Shown: positions 1-9,180 of the stretch, piece after piece
Position numbering within the stretch: position 1 is the stretch's first letter
How the letters are laid out: the number at the start of each line of letters is the position of its first letter
IMG/VR virus record: IMGVR_UViG_3300033402_000749
Coordinates: 1 to 25,161 of that record
DNA from: a virus
Lineage: Duplodnaviria; Caudoviricetes
Length of the DNA: 25,161 nt
Direction: 5' to 3' (one strand)
Program-made: the position numbers and the translations under genes
The notes under the pieces: model-generated
Database searches by the model: none
Told to the model about the DNA's origin: nothing
The model's input: the letters and a program-made list of their open reading frames with translations, nothing else

Positions 1-648
1 TCAGCGCCTGCTTGATTGAGACGGACGTCTGCGGGTCGGCGGCGGGGCCGCTGGCGCAGCCCTTCCGGGCGCGGCGCTCTCGCGCGGCGTCAGCGAGCAG
101 GCGAGCGCTTTGCCGCCGGGCGCCCAAATCGCCGGCAAGTCGCCGCGCGCGTATTCGGCGGCGACAAGGCCGCGGAACCATTGCCACTTAGCCGCGTCGG
201 TCGTCGGATCGTCGTGGCCGCCGCCGGCCGCGCCTAAGTCGTAGTGGCGGCAGAAACCCGGCCCAACGCCTCCCTCGGCGAAGCGGCAGGCAATCTGCAA
301 GTGGTGCAGGAGATAGGCGACGATGCGCGCGGCGGCGAGCCACGCCGCGTCGGAAAAGCCGGCGCTTTCCCGGCCGGCGATTTCGAGGCCGACCGAGCGT
401 GAATTGAACGCGCAGACGTGCCAGGCCTTCTTGGCGAGATCGACCATCTGCGTCGCCTCCGCCCCGTCTTCGCGCAGCACGAAGTGGGCGCTGACCTGGG
501 ATCGCTTTTGCGCGAACCAGTCGATCGCGCCGGCGTAGGCGCCCTCGGTGTCGTGCACCACGACGAGGTCGACGCGCGCGCCGCCGCGCTCGGAAAAGTT
601 CGGCGAGGCGACCCATTTGAGCAGGGGCAGGCCGAGAGAATCGGTCAT
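1..648 (-). CDS. N-acetylmuramoyl-L-alanine amidase (Amidase_2 family), probable endolysin
   Basis: SPNF..R, VVVHDTEG, VSAHFV, KAWH, N.RSVGLEI and H.DP motifs of Zn-dependent Amidase_2; last gene of the tail operon; stop at 1-3. Confidence 0.9.
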   Translation of the reverse strand: MTDSLGLPLLKWVASPNFSERGGARVDLVVVHDTEGAYAGAIDWFAQKRSQVSAHFVLREDGAEATQMVDLAKKAWHVCAFNSRSVGLEIAGRESAGFSDAAWLAAARIVAYLLHHLQIACRFAEGGVGPGFCRHYDLGAAGGGHDDPTTDAAKWQWFRGLVAAEYARGDLPAIWAPGGKALACSLTPRESAAPGRAAPAAPPPTRRRPSQSSRR

Positions 649-652
649 GGCT

Positions 653-730
653 TCACATCCTTTTTGCGAGTTCGAAGAAGAGCCACGCGACGAGAATCGC
701 GAGCGCGATGTCCGGCGGGTGCGCGGTCAT
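653..730 (-). CDS. putative 25-aa single-TM peptide (MTAHPPDIALAILVAWLFFELAKRM)
   Basis: Read by hand: ATG at 730, TGA at 653-655, ending 4 nt before the amidase ATG; hydrophobic core followed by KR. Below the ORF-track cutoff. Confidence 0.3.
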   Translation of the reverse strand: MTAHPPDIALAILVAWLFFELAKRM

Positions 731-983
731 GGAAGCGCCTTCAGGGAGGCGGCGAGCGGCGAATTTGCCAGGTTTCGGTCGGCGGCAGGCAGCCGGCGGT
801 TAAGCGGCGAGCGGGGAACCGACGCTCAGGCGGGACGCAAACGTGCCGCCGGCGCGGCGCGATGCACGTTCGCGCCGATCGGCCGTGGTCCGACGTTCCA
901 GGGTTGGCCGCTTTGCGTCGTCGGTGGCGCGGGACTCTGGCCGCCGCGCATCGCCTGCCGCCTGTGGCCTATTGCCGTATTTG

Positions 984-1409
984 CTACTTGCCTTTCGCCG
1001 AGATCACGGCGGCGACATCGTCCTTGAAGAGCCGAATCGGTGAGCAAGCCTGGTCGTGGCCGCGATCGAGAAAATACACGTAGGCCGTTCCGTCCGATTG
1101 AAGCGATATCGCGACCTCGTCGCCGGGCGCGGATTCGAGCGTGGCGATCGAGAACATGGAGCGTGCGATGGCCGCCTGGGCAGGCGTCAGCGTGACGAAG
1201 CTCTGGCCGCCGAAGACGGTCGCGATCTGCTCGGCCTCGGCGACCGTCGTGCACGGCGCGGCGTCTTGAGCGCACGCGGGAGCGGCGGCCGCGAGGGCGA
1301 AGAAAAGGCAACAGGCGGTAGGCAGTAGGCAGTCGCGGCGGGATCGCCGCCGGCGAGCGCCGCCCCTCTCTCCCGCCCACTGTCTATCGCCTACCGCCTC
1401 TTTCCTCAT
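984..1409 (-). CDS. hypothetical exported protein (141 aa)
   Basis: ATG at 1409 overlaps the upstream TGA (ATGA). Signal-peptide-like LFFALAAAAPACA|QD. Paralogous to 1406-1805. Confidence 0.65.
   Translation of the reverse strand: MRKEAVGDRQWAGERGGARRRRSRRDCLLPTACCLFFALAAAAPACAQDAAPCTTVAEAEQIATVFGGQSFVTLTPAQAAIARSMFSIATLESAPGDEVAISLQSDGTAYVYFLDRGHDQACSPIRLFKDDVAAVISAKGK
1313..1399. repeat. palindromic heptamer-repeat element
   Basis: aggcggtaggcagtaggcagt (1313-1333) ... actgtctatcgcctaccgcct (1379-1399). Confidence 0.8.
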
Positions 1410-1805
1410 AGCCGCTGCCCCGCATGCGCGATGTCGCCGCACCCGACCATCATCAGAACCTCGATCGCCGCTCTGCCGACCTCGATCGGGGCGCAGGCCC
1501 GATCGCCGTCGACGAATATAGCCGATCCCGAACTGTCGGGAAGCAGGGACTTCGCAGGGCAATCGCCCGGCGGCAGGGACTCCGGCGTGTCGGGCGCCAC
1601 GACGAAGATTCCGCGCAGGACCTGCCGCTGGTCGGAAGTCGGCGTGACGAAGTCCGCCCCGCCGAGCGCTCTCTCTGTTCGGCCTCGGCCGTCGGAGCGC
1701 ACGGCCATCGGATCGCGTGCTCGGCGCACGCGAGGGAAGGCATGGCGGGGCCTTTCGGAGAAGTGGGGCGAATAACGTATGGCGCGCTGGGAAGAGTTTT
1801 TCCAT
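1406..1805 (-). pseudogene. frameshifted paralog of the 984-1409 protein
   Basis: One frame gives ACAEHAIRWPCAPTAEAEQ (cf. ACAQDAAPCTTVAEAEQ); another gives LGGADFVTPTSDQ...PPGD...FVDGDRACAPI (cf. FGGQSFVTLTPAQ...APGD...FLDRGHDQACSPI). The switch is at a GA run near 1669-1678. The 5' end is uncertain. Confidence 0.55.
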
Positions 1806-1834
1806 TCGCTACTGGCGCCTCGCCATTCGCCCCC

Positions 1835-2077
1835 TCACGGAATCGAAACGGCGCCCTGCACGGCCGTCCGTTGCGCCAGGGTCATGACGGCTTGCGACTG
1901 CCAGAGCGCGCAGGACGGGACCGGCGCCGGCGGCGACGGCGCGGGGTTCGGCGCATTGCCGGCGGCGCGCCAAGCCTGGCAGGCTCGCCAGTCGACATTG
2001 CCGGGATCGCCGGGGATGGACGCGTCATCCGCGTCGCGGATGACCGCGGCTGATTTGGCTGTCAAGGTGCAGGTCAT
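1835..2077 (-). pseudogene. internally deleted duplicate of the 2126-2518 gene
   Basis: RDADDASIPGDPGNVDWRACQAWRAAGNAPNPA...CALWQSQAVMT matches the neighbour; about 50 aa are missing before the shared terminal SIP. Confidence 0.65.
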
Positions 2078-2125
2078 CGATCAATGCTCCGCGTCGCAGG
2101 CGGCGTCGCGGCGAGCGGCCGGGAA

Positions 2126-2518
2126 TCATGGAATGGAGGCCGCGCCGGCCTGTTGCACCAGCGCCGCGACTTGCGCCGCGCTGAAGCCGATCGAAGCCCC
2201 GAGCGAAAGCAGCGTCGTCGAGTCGGCGGGAATGGCGTTCGCGCCGTGGGCGAAGAACGCCGAGACGGCGGGATTGTTCAAGGCGGCGATTGCGGCTTGC
2301 GCGGCCGTCCATTGCGCGGCGGTCATCACGGCCTGCAACTGCCACAGCGCGCAGGTCGCGACCGGCGTGGGCGGAGCGAGCGCGGGATTGGGCGTGTTCC
2401 CCGCGGCGAGCCAAGCCTGGTAGGCTTGCCAGTCGATGTTGCCGGGATCGGCGGGGATGCACGCCCCGTCGGCGTCACGACGAACGCAGGAAGAATTGGC
2501 GAGGAGCGTATAGGTCAT
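2126..2518 (-). CDS. tail-fibre-associated (assembly chaperone-like) protein
   Basis: IPADPGNIDWQAYQAWLAAGNTP motif typical of small genes directly after phage fibre genes; ATG at 2518 lies 1 nt after the fibre stop. Confidence 0.7.
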   Translation of the reverse strand: MTYTLLANSSCVRRDADGACIPADPGNIDWQAYQAWLAAGNTPNPALAPPTPVATCALWQLQAVMTAAQWTAAQAAIAALNNPAVSAFFAHGANAIPADSTTLLSLGASIGFSAAQVAALVQQAGAASIP

Positions 2519-2519
2519 A

Positions 2520-5351
2520 TTAAAGCTCCGCGCTGAACGCTGCGCCGGCATTGGCCCCGCTCAAGTAACTCGCGTTGCCGGTCGCGGTGGCGTTGCAGAA
2601 GAAATGGAATGTGCTCGCGCTGTCGACGCTGAGGCCGTAAGCAGAGGAGTTCGACGCGGTCCACGTCCCGATCAGCGACACTGTCGGCGCGGCGCGCATG
2701 GTCGCCGGCAACGTGTAGAAGTTATTGAGATAGTCGCCGGCCGTAGTATACCCTATGACGCCGAGATTATCAACGCCGACAATAACCTGCCAGTAGTACC
2801 TTTGGCAGCCCGACAACTCGGCGCTGATCAGTCGGCGCTCGAACGGCGTCGCGACTTGCCCGAGCTCGAGCTGGACCTCGCCGATCGTCCACGTTCCGCT
2901 GGTCTGCGCGCCGACCGAGAGAACGATCTCGACGCCCGTCGTCGCGGCCGAGGGGACCGCAATCTGAGCGCTGTATTTCGCCAGCGTCGAATTGACGGTG
3001 AACGAGCCGGTCGCGATCTGCGTCTTGGTCGGGCTGGCCAGCGTGCCGAAGGCGTCGGTCGAGTTGGCGTAGTAGGCTGTCCAGTTGACCGTGGTCAGCA
3101 GCGAATTGGCGAGCTCGACGGAGAGGGTCGCGGTCTGTCCCGCGAGGTCGAGGCTGTTGGCGGTCTCGATGCGCTGGCCGAAGCCGATCGCGCTGACCGG
3201 CGCCGCGCCCGTGAACTGGTAGAGGTATTGATCGGGCGCCGAGCCGGCGATCCGCTTGCCGACGACGTTCGCGCCGGCGCAATAGGCGTAGGAGCGATCG
3301 ACCGTGTAGGCGAGCGCGGCGCCGGCGACGATCTGCTGGCCGGCGCCCGTGATCGTCCCCGGCGATCCCGACGAAAAGAGCGTCTGCGAATTGTTGACGG
3401 TGTACGTGCCCGCGCCGCCCGTTCCCGTCCCAAGCGCGGTGATCGTGGTTCCCGCGGTCATGCCGGTGGCGCTGAGCGCCTGCCCGACGGCGAGCGCCCC
3501 GCTTGCGACCGCCGTCACCGTCAGCGTCGTGCCCGAGATATAGCCGGTGACCGACGCCGCGCTCGACGAAATCCCGCGCTGGTCGACGCCAAAAGCGCCG
3601 TTGAGGAGGCGATTGCGGAAGCCGGCCATCCGGCCGACCCAGGCGCCGCCGGCGCCGAGCGCTTCATTGTATTGCGCCGAGTTCGCCGGCGGCGCGGGAA
3701 CGTAGCCTGCCGCGCCGCCAGAGCCGCTGTCGCCGGTCATGGCGACCTGGTTCTGGTCGACGATCGTCCAGGCGTTGGCGCCGTTGCTCTCCAGCGCGAT
3801 GTAGCCATAGGCCGTCGCGATGACGGCGCTCGTCGCGCCGTCGATCGCATCGGACCCCGCGCGGCTGATTGTGATCGTCTTGCTCGCCGAGCACGCGCCG
3901 CTCTCGTCGGCGATAGTGAGCGATTGGCCGGGAGGAAAGGCGCTCGCCGCCGGCAGCGTCACGACGCGCGCCGCGGTCAGCGCCGTGTAGGCGATCAGAC
4001 GGTCGGTGACGAACGCCGAATAGGCCGCGTCGGCGACGGCGGTGCGCTGGTTGGCGAGGGTCGCGACGCCGGTCGTCGCGTCGAGGGTGATGGCCGTCGT
4101 CCAGCTCGATCCGTTCGGCGACACCTTGAAGCTGAAATTGTCGCTGCCGTTGAGGCCCATCTGGGCGCGGCCGGAGAAGCCGTCCTCGAAGATGAGCGAG
4201 GCGGTGTCGGCCGGAACGCCGCCCGAGCCGCCCTTGTTGATCGTCAAGTTGAAGTTGCCGGCGCCGTTGAACAGCGCGCTCGCCCCGTAGGCGGAAAGCA
4301 CGTTGTTGGGGTCGGGCGCCGTGCCGACGCCGACGAGCGAGGCTTGCAGGTTCGGCTTCGGCGCAAGAATCGTCCAGGCGCTCGAACCGTTCGATTCGAT
4401 CTCGACCCCGCCGTAGGCGGCGTCGATCACGAAGCTCGCCGCGCCGTCGATCAGATCGGAGCCGTTCGGCGAGACCGCGATCGTCTTCGCCGCCGAGCAA
4501 TTGCCGCTCTCGTCGACGACCATCAACCGCGTGCCGGTCGGATAGGCCGAGGCCGCGCAGAGCGTGACGACGCGCGCGGCGGTCAGCGCGGTGTAAGCGA
4601 CGAGCCGATCAGTCGTCAGAATGGAATACGCCGCGTCGGCGACGGTGGTGCGCTGACCGACGATCACCCCGGCCGGCAGGTCGCCAAGCGCCAGCGCCCG
4701 GAACGCCGGCGCAGCGGCGGAGCCGCTCGACGGGCCGGCGAGAACGGTATTGGCGCTCTCATTGGCGAGCGAGGCCGTCAGGATTCCGCTCGACGTCACC
4801 GGCGAGCCGGAAACGTTGAAGATGGGCGGCAGGGAAAGACCGACGCTCGTCACGCCGCCGGAGCCGCCCCCGCCGCCGGCGCCGGGCGCGTCGACGATCG
4901 TCCATTTGCCGGCGCCGTTGCTTTGCAGCGCGATGTAGCCATAGGCGCTCGAAATGACCGCGCTCGACGCGCCGTCGATCTTGTCACTGCCCGTTGGGGT
5001 CAGCGTGATCGAATTGGCGGCGGAGCAAGACCCGGACTCGTCGAACACGGTCAGGCTGGCGCCGGTGGGAAAGACGCTCGCGGCGGGCAAGGTCACAATC
5101 CGCGGCGCTGTGATCGCGGTGAACGCAATGTTGCGGTCGGTCGCGAGCGCCGTGTAGACGGCGTCGGAAACGGCGGTGCGCGTGTTGGCGGCGATCTCGC
5201 TCAACTTGGCCGCTGGAAAGCCGCCCGCCGTCGCTCCGTCCTGCACGACGAGCCGGTTGTTGGTCGTGTCGACGACGATCTCGCCGATCGCGCCGGTGAA
5301 GGCGGCGACCTGAGCCGCCGTTCCGCGTCGAAGCTGCAATTGTTCGGTCAT
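2520..5351 (-). CDS. phage tail fibre / receptor-binding protein (943 aa) with Mtd_N-like N-terminus, three internal repeats and a DUF2793-protein-like segment
   Basis: ATG at 5351 overlaps the upstream TAA (TAATG). [25 protein letters not shown]...[10 protein letters not shown] resembles the Bordetella phage Mtd N-terminus. C-terminal [13 protein letters not shown] and QLELG..ATPFERR...EL..CQRYY are common fibre motifs. Confidence 0.85.
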   Translation of the reverse strand: MTEQLQLRRGTAAQVAAFTGAIGEIVVDTTNNRLVVQDGATAGGFPAAKLSEIAANTRTAVSDAVYTALATDRNIAFTAITAPRIVTLPAASVFPTGASLTVFDESGSCSAANSITLTPTGSDKIDGASSAVISSAYGYIALQSNGAGKWTIVDAPGAGGGGGSGGVTSVGLSLPPIFNVSGSPVTSSGILTASLANESANTVLAGPSSGSAAAPAFRALALGDLPAGVIVGQRTTVADAAYSILTTDRLVAYTALTAARVVTLCAASAYPTGTRLMVVDESGNCSAAKTIAVSPNGSDLIDGAASFVIDAAYGGVEIESNGSSAWTILAPKPNLQASLVGVGTAPDPNNVLSAYGASALFNGAGNFNLTINKGGSGGVPADTASLIFEDGFSGRAQMGLNGSDNFSFKVSPNGSSWTTAITLDATTGVATLANQRTAVADAAYSAFVTDRLIAYTALTAARVVTLPAASAFPPGQSLTIADESGACSASKTITISRAGSDAIDGATSAVIATAYGYIALESNGANAWTIVDQNQVAMTGDSGSGGAAGYVPAPPANSAQYNEALGAGGAWVGRMAGFRNRLLNGAFGVDQRGISSSAASVTGYISGTTLTVTAVASGALAVGQALSATGMTAGTTITALGTGTGGAGTYTVNNSQTLFSSGSPGTITGAGQQIVAGAALAYTVDRSYAYCAGANVVGKRIAGSAPDQYLYQFTGAAPVSAIGFGQRIETANSLDLAGQTATLSVELANSLLTTVNWTAYYANSTDAFGTLASPTKTQIATGSFTVNSTLAKYSAQIAVPSAATTGVEIVLSVGAQTSGTWTIGEVQLELGQVATPFERRLISAELSGCQRYYWQVIVGVDNLGVIGYTTAGDYLNNFYTLPATMRAAPTVSLIGTWTASNSSAYGLSVDSASTFHFFCNATATGNASYLSGANAGAAFSAEL
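3756..5180 (-). repeat. three ~97-aa intragenic repeats in the fibre (about 4890-5180, 4365-4655, 3756-4049)
   Basis: Each reads RT.V.DA.Y....TDR..A.TA.TA.R.VTL.AAS..P.G..L...DESG.CSA...I.....GSD.IDGA.S.VI..AYG.....SNG...WTI. Confidence 0.9.
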
Positions 5352-7720
5352 TACGCTGTCCCGAGATCGAGGGCGCCGAGAACGGCGCCGGGCCCGACCG
5401 CGCCGAAATCGTCGGCGAGGGCCGGAGCGAGGTTGACGAAGCCGAGGTCGAGCGGCATCCCGCCGGCGAGTTGCGCGGCGATCGGATCGGCGATTCCCGC
5501 GCCGGCGGGCGCGTAGCCGTAAACCTCGCAGTCGGAGAGGCTCTGCACGCCGACGCCGAAGACATTGAAGCTCTGAAACTTGAAGTACAGCGCCGCGCCG
5601 ACGTAGTTGGCGGGCAGATCGTACGTCGCGACGGCGGCGTCGAGCCGCGCGAACGGCGCTCCGGACGAATGCGGCGCGGGCGTCGTGCCGTAGAGGCCGC
5701 GTTGCAATCCCGTGAGATTGTAGGCGTTCGTCCCCGTCAGGGTCGCGCTTTCGTAGGCGAGGAGTTCGCCGTCGACGAGGCAGCGCGTGGCGCCCTGCTG
5801 CGCGGACGCCTGCGAAGTCCCCGAGAGGACGCCCGCGCTTTCCGATAGGTTGACGCTCAACGCGTCGCTCGAATCCCCGCCGCTCGCCGCCGGCAGCGGG
5901 GCGACGAGAAATCCCTGGCGCAGCGGCTGGGCGATGACGGCGACTTGCGAATAAGCGACGTCGTCGAGCGAGACCCAAACGTAGGCGCCGCCCCAGTTCG
6001 GATCGGCGACGCCATTCGAGCCGCCCGACGCGCCGAACCACACCTGCGCCGTTCCGCCGGTGAGCGCCGGCGGTGGTTCATAGATCAACGGCGTGTTGAC
6101 GGGATCGGCCGGGACGCCCTGATTGGGCAGGAAGCCCGAAGAGCCCGAATTCGGATAGAGGACCGGCGTCGAGACGCCGACCGTCAGCTCTTCCGCCGTG
6201 ATCGTCAGCAGGCCTTTGTCGTCCTCCTCGATCGAAGTGACGCGGACGGGATAATCGACGAGCCCGAGATTGGCGTCGGTGATCGTCACCACGTCCATCG
6301 GATCGATGAGGCCGTATTCCCACGACAGCGTGAAGGTGAAGTGGGCGCGCACGTAGAGCTGACGCTGCAGGATGGCCTGGGCGACGACCGGCCCGATGAC
6401 GATCTCGTCGCAGATTTCATGCGCCTGGATCGTCGAGCCGACGCGCGGGCCGTAAAGTTCGATCTGCGATTGATCGCGGGCCTCGACCGGAATGGCGCCA
6501 TACTGATTGGTGCGCGACAGGCATTCGATGCGTTGAATGGTCGGCAACGAGAACGGATCGACGCGCGAGGCCTGGACCGGGTCCTTATTGCCCTTCTCGT
6601 CGACGAAATCGAGATCGGTCAGATTGTAGATCGGGGTCAGATCGGGGACGTAAGTCGTTGGGTCGGCGTAGGTGAACGCGATCGAGACGACTTGGCTCTC
6701 GTCGCCGCCAGCGAAGAGATAGGTTCCCGCCGGCGAAATTCCGTAGGTTCCCGCCGCCGACGGCGCGCTTGCGCCGACATAGCTCAGCGCGGCGCCGGTG
6801 AAGGCGTATTTCACCCCGCCGTCGGCGACGAATTCGGCGGCGCCGCAGACGAGGATCGAGGGCGGCGGCGTCACGCCCGAACCCTCTTCCGCCGGGGTCG
6901 GCACGACGGTCTGCACCGTCTTGGCGACATTGCCGGCGCTGATCGCCGCGTCGCCGTAGGGGATGAATTTGAGTTGGCCGCCGCTCCACACCGCGGCGCA
7001 GTTGAGGAGCTGCAGCCAGCGCGTCAAAATGCTCGACCCCTGTTCCTGGTCGGTCAGGCACGGGCTGAACGCGACGCCCAGCGCCTTGCAATAGGTTTGC
7101 AAGGATGCGTCGCCGCCCGAGCCGAACAGCGTCGCGGCGTCGATGCTGGCGGCCGAGAAGCCCGCGCCATATTGCGGATTGGTCAGGAAATCGTTGATGA
7201 CCAGCGCCGGATCGGCGTCGACGCCGTTGATCCCGGCGCCGGCGAGAACGCCGACGATCTCGAAATTGTGGTTGCCGATGTCGGCGTTGTCGCCGAGCGC
7301 GTAGCTCGCGGCGCAGACGTAGGCCGTGCCCTGATACGCGAGCGCCTCGATCGAATAGTTCGCCTGGAGATAACCCCACGTCGTCTGCGGCGTCGCGCCG
7401 TCGAAGAAGGTCAGGCCGAGCTGGGCGAGCGTATAGGTCGACTGGTCGCGCCAGATGACGCCGATGCCGGAGACCGGCCCCTCGCTGAGCGCCATGATCA
7501 GGTCGGCGGTGTAGGAGTAGCCGCTCGTCGGCGATTTGAAGAGGCCGCCCTTGCCGCCGCCGCTGCCGTGCGTCTGGAAATTGGCGTACCAGATCACGTT
7601 CGCCGCGAGCTTGGTCCGACCCCAGACGATCGGAACCGGCAGCGTGTTGACCGAGGTCTGCAACTGCAGCCCGGTGTAGTCGGGCTTGGTCGACAACGAT
7701 TTCTGGCGAAACCAGCTCAT
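5351..7720 (-). CDS. tail tip / host-specificity protein (Phage-tail_3-like, GTA megatron-like without TIM barrel)
   Basis: N-terminal QTS...[17 protein letters not shown]; C-terminal [10 protein letters not shown]...[10 protein letters not shown]...H..GA.FARLD and [11 protein letters not shown] motifs; follows NlpC/P60. Confidence 0.85.
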   Translation of the reverse strand: MSWFRQKSLSTKPDYTGLQLQTSVNTLPVPIVWGRTKLAANVIWYANFQTHGSGGGKGGLFKSPTSGYSYTADLIMALSEGPVSGIGVIWRDQSTYTLAQLGLTFFDGATPQTTWGYLQANYSIEALAYQGTAYVCAASYALGDNADIGNHNFEIVGVLAGAGINGVDADPALVINDFLTNPQYGAGFSAASIDAATLFGSGGDASLQTYCKALGVAFSPCLTDQEQGSSILTRWLQLLNCAAVWSGGQLKFIPYGDAAISAGNVAKTVQTVVPTPAEEGSGVTPPPSILVCGAAEFVADGGVKYAFTGAALSYVGASAPSAAGTYGISPAGTYLFAGGDESQVVSIAFTYADPTTYVPDLTPIYNLTDLDFVDEKGNKDPVQASRVDPFSLPTIQRIECLSRTNQYGAIPVEARDQSQIELYGPRVGSTIQAHEICDEIVIGPVVAQAILQRQLYVRAHFTFTLSWEYGLIDPMDVVTITDANLGLVDYPVRVTSIEEDDKGLLTITAEELTVGVSTPVLYPNSGSSGFLPNQGVPADPVNTPLIYEPPPALTGGTAQVWFGASGGSNGVADPNWGGAYVWVSLDDVAYSQVAVIAQPLRQGFLVAPLPAASGGDSSDALSVNLSESAGVLSGTSQASAQQGATRCLVDGELLAYESATLTGTNAYNLTGLQRGLYGTTPAPHSSGAPFARLDAAVATYDLPANYVGAALYFKFQSFNVFGVGVQSLSDCEVYGYAPAGAGIADPIAAQLAGGMPLDLGFVNLAPALADDFGAVGPGAVLGALDLGTA

Positions 7721-7736
7721 TGGGCGCTCCGAAGGG

Positions 7737-7806
<70 letters not shown>

Positions 7807-7815
<9 letters not shown>

Positions 7816-8328
7816 CTCTTCCCCGAAATAGCTCGCGAACCTAGCCTCGTGCAGCCGCGCGGCGACCTCGGCGTTGCGGGCGATCTCTTCCTCGAGCACG
7901 ACCCGCGCCGGATGAAACGCGTGCACGATTGCCAACGGATCGCTTCGCGTGACGATGCCGCCATGGGAGAAGCAACGGCCGTACTTGAACAGGATCACGT
8001 CGCCGGGCAGCGGCGAGGCGACCTCGCGGCTGCGCGCCAGCAGGAAATCGAGATAGCGCTCCTCGCCGCGGTGCAGGTGCCAGTCCTTGACATAGGGGCG
8101 CGGATCGAACGGTTCGACCAACTTAAGATCGCAAAACACCCGCACCAGCAGCATCGCGCAATCGCAGCCGACGCCCTTGACGTCGGCCATGTGATGATAG
8201 GGCGTGCCGATCCATTCGCGCGCCGCCGCGACGATGGCGGCGCGGGCAGCGGCCTCGCCGGTGGGCGAGCGGCGAATGGCGCATGGCGAATGGGAAGGCG
8301 CGGCGACGGTCAAAGCGATATCCTTCAT
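7807..8328 (-). CDS. NlpC/P60 family phage tail peptidase
   Basis: AAAREWIGTPYHH...KGVGCDCAMLL (catalytic Cys), PGDVILFKYGRCFSHGGI, HA. Start placed at ATG 8328, just after the duplicated DUF2163 stop. Confidence 0.9.
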
Positions 8329-8340
8329 TCGCCATTCGCT
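8272..8340. repeat. palindromic heptamer-repeat element (GCGAATG variant)
   Basis: gcgaatggcgcatggcgaatgggaagg ... ccttcattcgccattcgc. A degenerate similar element lies at about 1765-1833. Confidence 0.7.
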
Positions 8341-8397
8341 CAGTAAGCGATCTGCGGCGGCGGGACGAACGGGAAGCCGCGGAAAGCGGCGAGGTTG
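8337..8397 (-). repeat. 61-bp direct repeat of the DUF2163 gene 3' end (other copy 10460-10520)
   Basis: Both copies encode NLAAFRGFPFVPPPQIAY*; 3 mismatches in 61 bp, all at synonymous third positions. Confidence 0.95.
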
Positions 8398-8492
8398 CAA
8401 TGTCTTGAGCAACGGCTGTCGTATTGAGGCGTCGCTCCAAAGGCGCTATGGAGTCTGCCGCCACCCGCTGATCGGGCCGTGGGTGAAAGCCT

Positions 8493-9158
8493 GTGGCGAC
8501 GCAGAACGAACATGGCCGTTTGATCGCCGCGGCGGCGAAAGCCGCGTTGTCGCCGATCGGATGCGTGCGTCGCGGACAATCGCGCGTCTGGCTTTCCGAT
8601 CAGCGCTACTGGGCGATCATGATCGAGTTCCAGCCCAGCGGCTTCTCCAAGGGAACGTATCTCAACGTCGGTGCAAGCTGGTTGTGGTACGAGAGACCAG
8701 GCTTGGCGTTTAATGTTGGCTATCGCGTCGCTGGCGCTGATTTTATTCCGTTTGAGAATGCGGCGCAGTTCGGCCGGCTCGTCGAGAAGATGGCGGCTCG
8801 CGCGGCGGAGGAAGTCCTAGCTCTGAGAGAGAGATTTCCCTCGATCGCCGCGATCAGCTGGTATCTTTGCGCGAGACAATATACGGATATTCGAATCCGT
8901 TATGCCGCCATTGCCGCGGGGCTCAATAGCGAATTCGACCTGTCGCGTCGCTTGTTCCAGCAGATTCAAAATTGCGCCATCAACTTTGATTGGGAGGCGA
9001 AAGTGCAGTCCGACGCGGCGGCTCTCGCGGCGCTGCTCGACGATCCCGCTCAATTTCGTTCGGCGGTTCGCCGCATCATCGACGCGCGCCGGGCCCAAGC
9101 CCGCCTGCCGTCGCTCGCCGATTGCCTCGAGGGGGTGAAGCCGACTACGGCGCAGTAG
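8493..9158 (+). CDS. hypothetical protein, DUF4304-like; candidate immunity protein
   Basis: 221-aa globular ORF (L.PIG..RRGQSR.W...IEFQPSGFSKGTYLNVG..W); lower GC than the tail genes; convergent on the nuclease-toxin gene. GTG start. Confidence 0.7.
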   Translation: MATQNEHGRLIAAAAKAALSPIGCVRRGQSRVWLSDQRYWAIMIEFQPSGFSKGTYLNVGASWLWYERPGLAFNVGYRVAGADFIPFENAAQFGRLVEKMAARAAEEVLALRERFPSIAAISWYLCARQYTDIRIRYAAIAAGLNSEFDLSRRLFQQIQNCAINFDWEAKVQSDAAALAALLDDPAQFRSAVRRIIDARRAQARLPSLADCLEGVKPTTAQ

Positions 9159-9180
9159 CGCCGCTCCGGTCGACCTCGCG

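Noticed and set aside
2520-5351. Diversity-generating retroelement target, suggested by the Mtd_N-like domain
   Set aside because: No reverse transcriptase and no TR/VR pair with adenine-specific mismatches in the window; the repeat differences seen are mostly synonymous and not A-biased.
5352-6041. N-terminal extension of the fibre ORF to 6041
   Set aside because: Overlaps the tail-tip gene and reads as Arg-rich noise; ATG 5351 is TAATG-coupled and begins the Mtd_N motif.
8340-8579. ORF ending NLAAFRGFPFVPPPQIAY as a real gene
   Set aside because: Only the last 18 codons are the duplicated DUF2163 end; the rest is non-homologous and partly antisense to 8493-9158.
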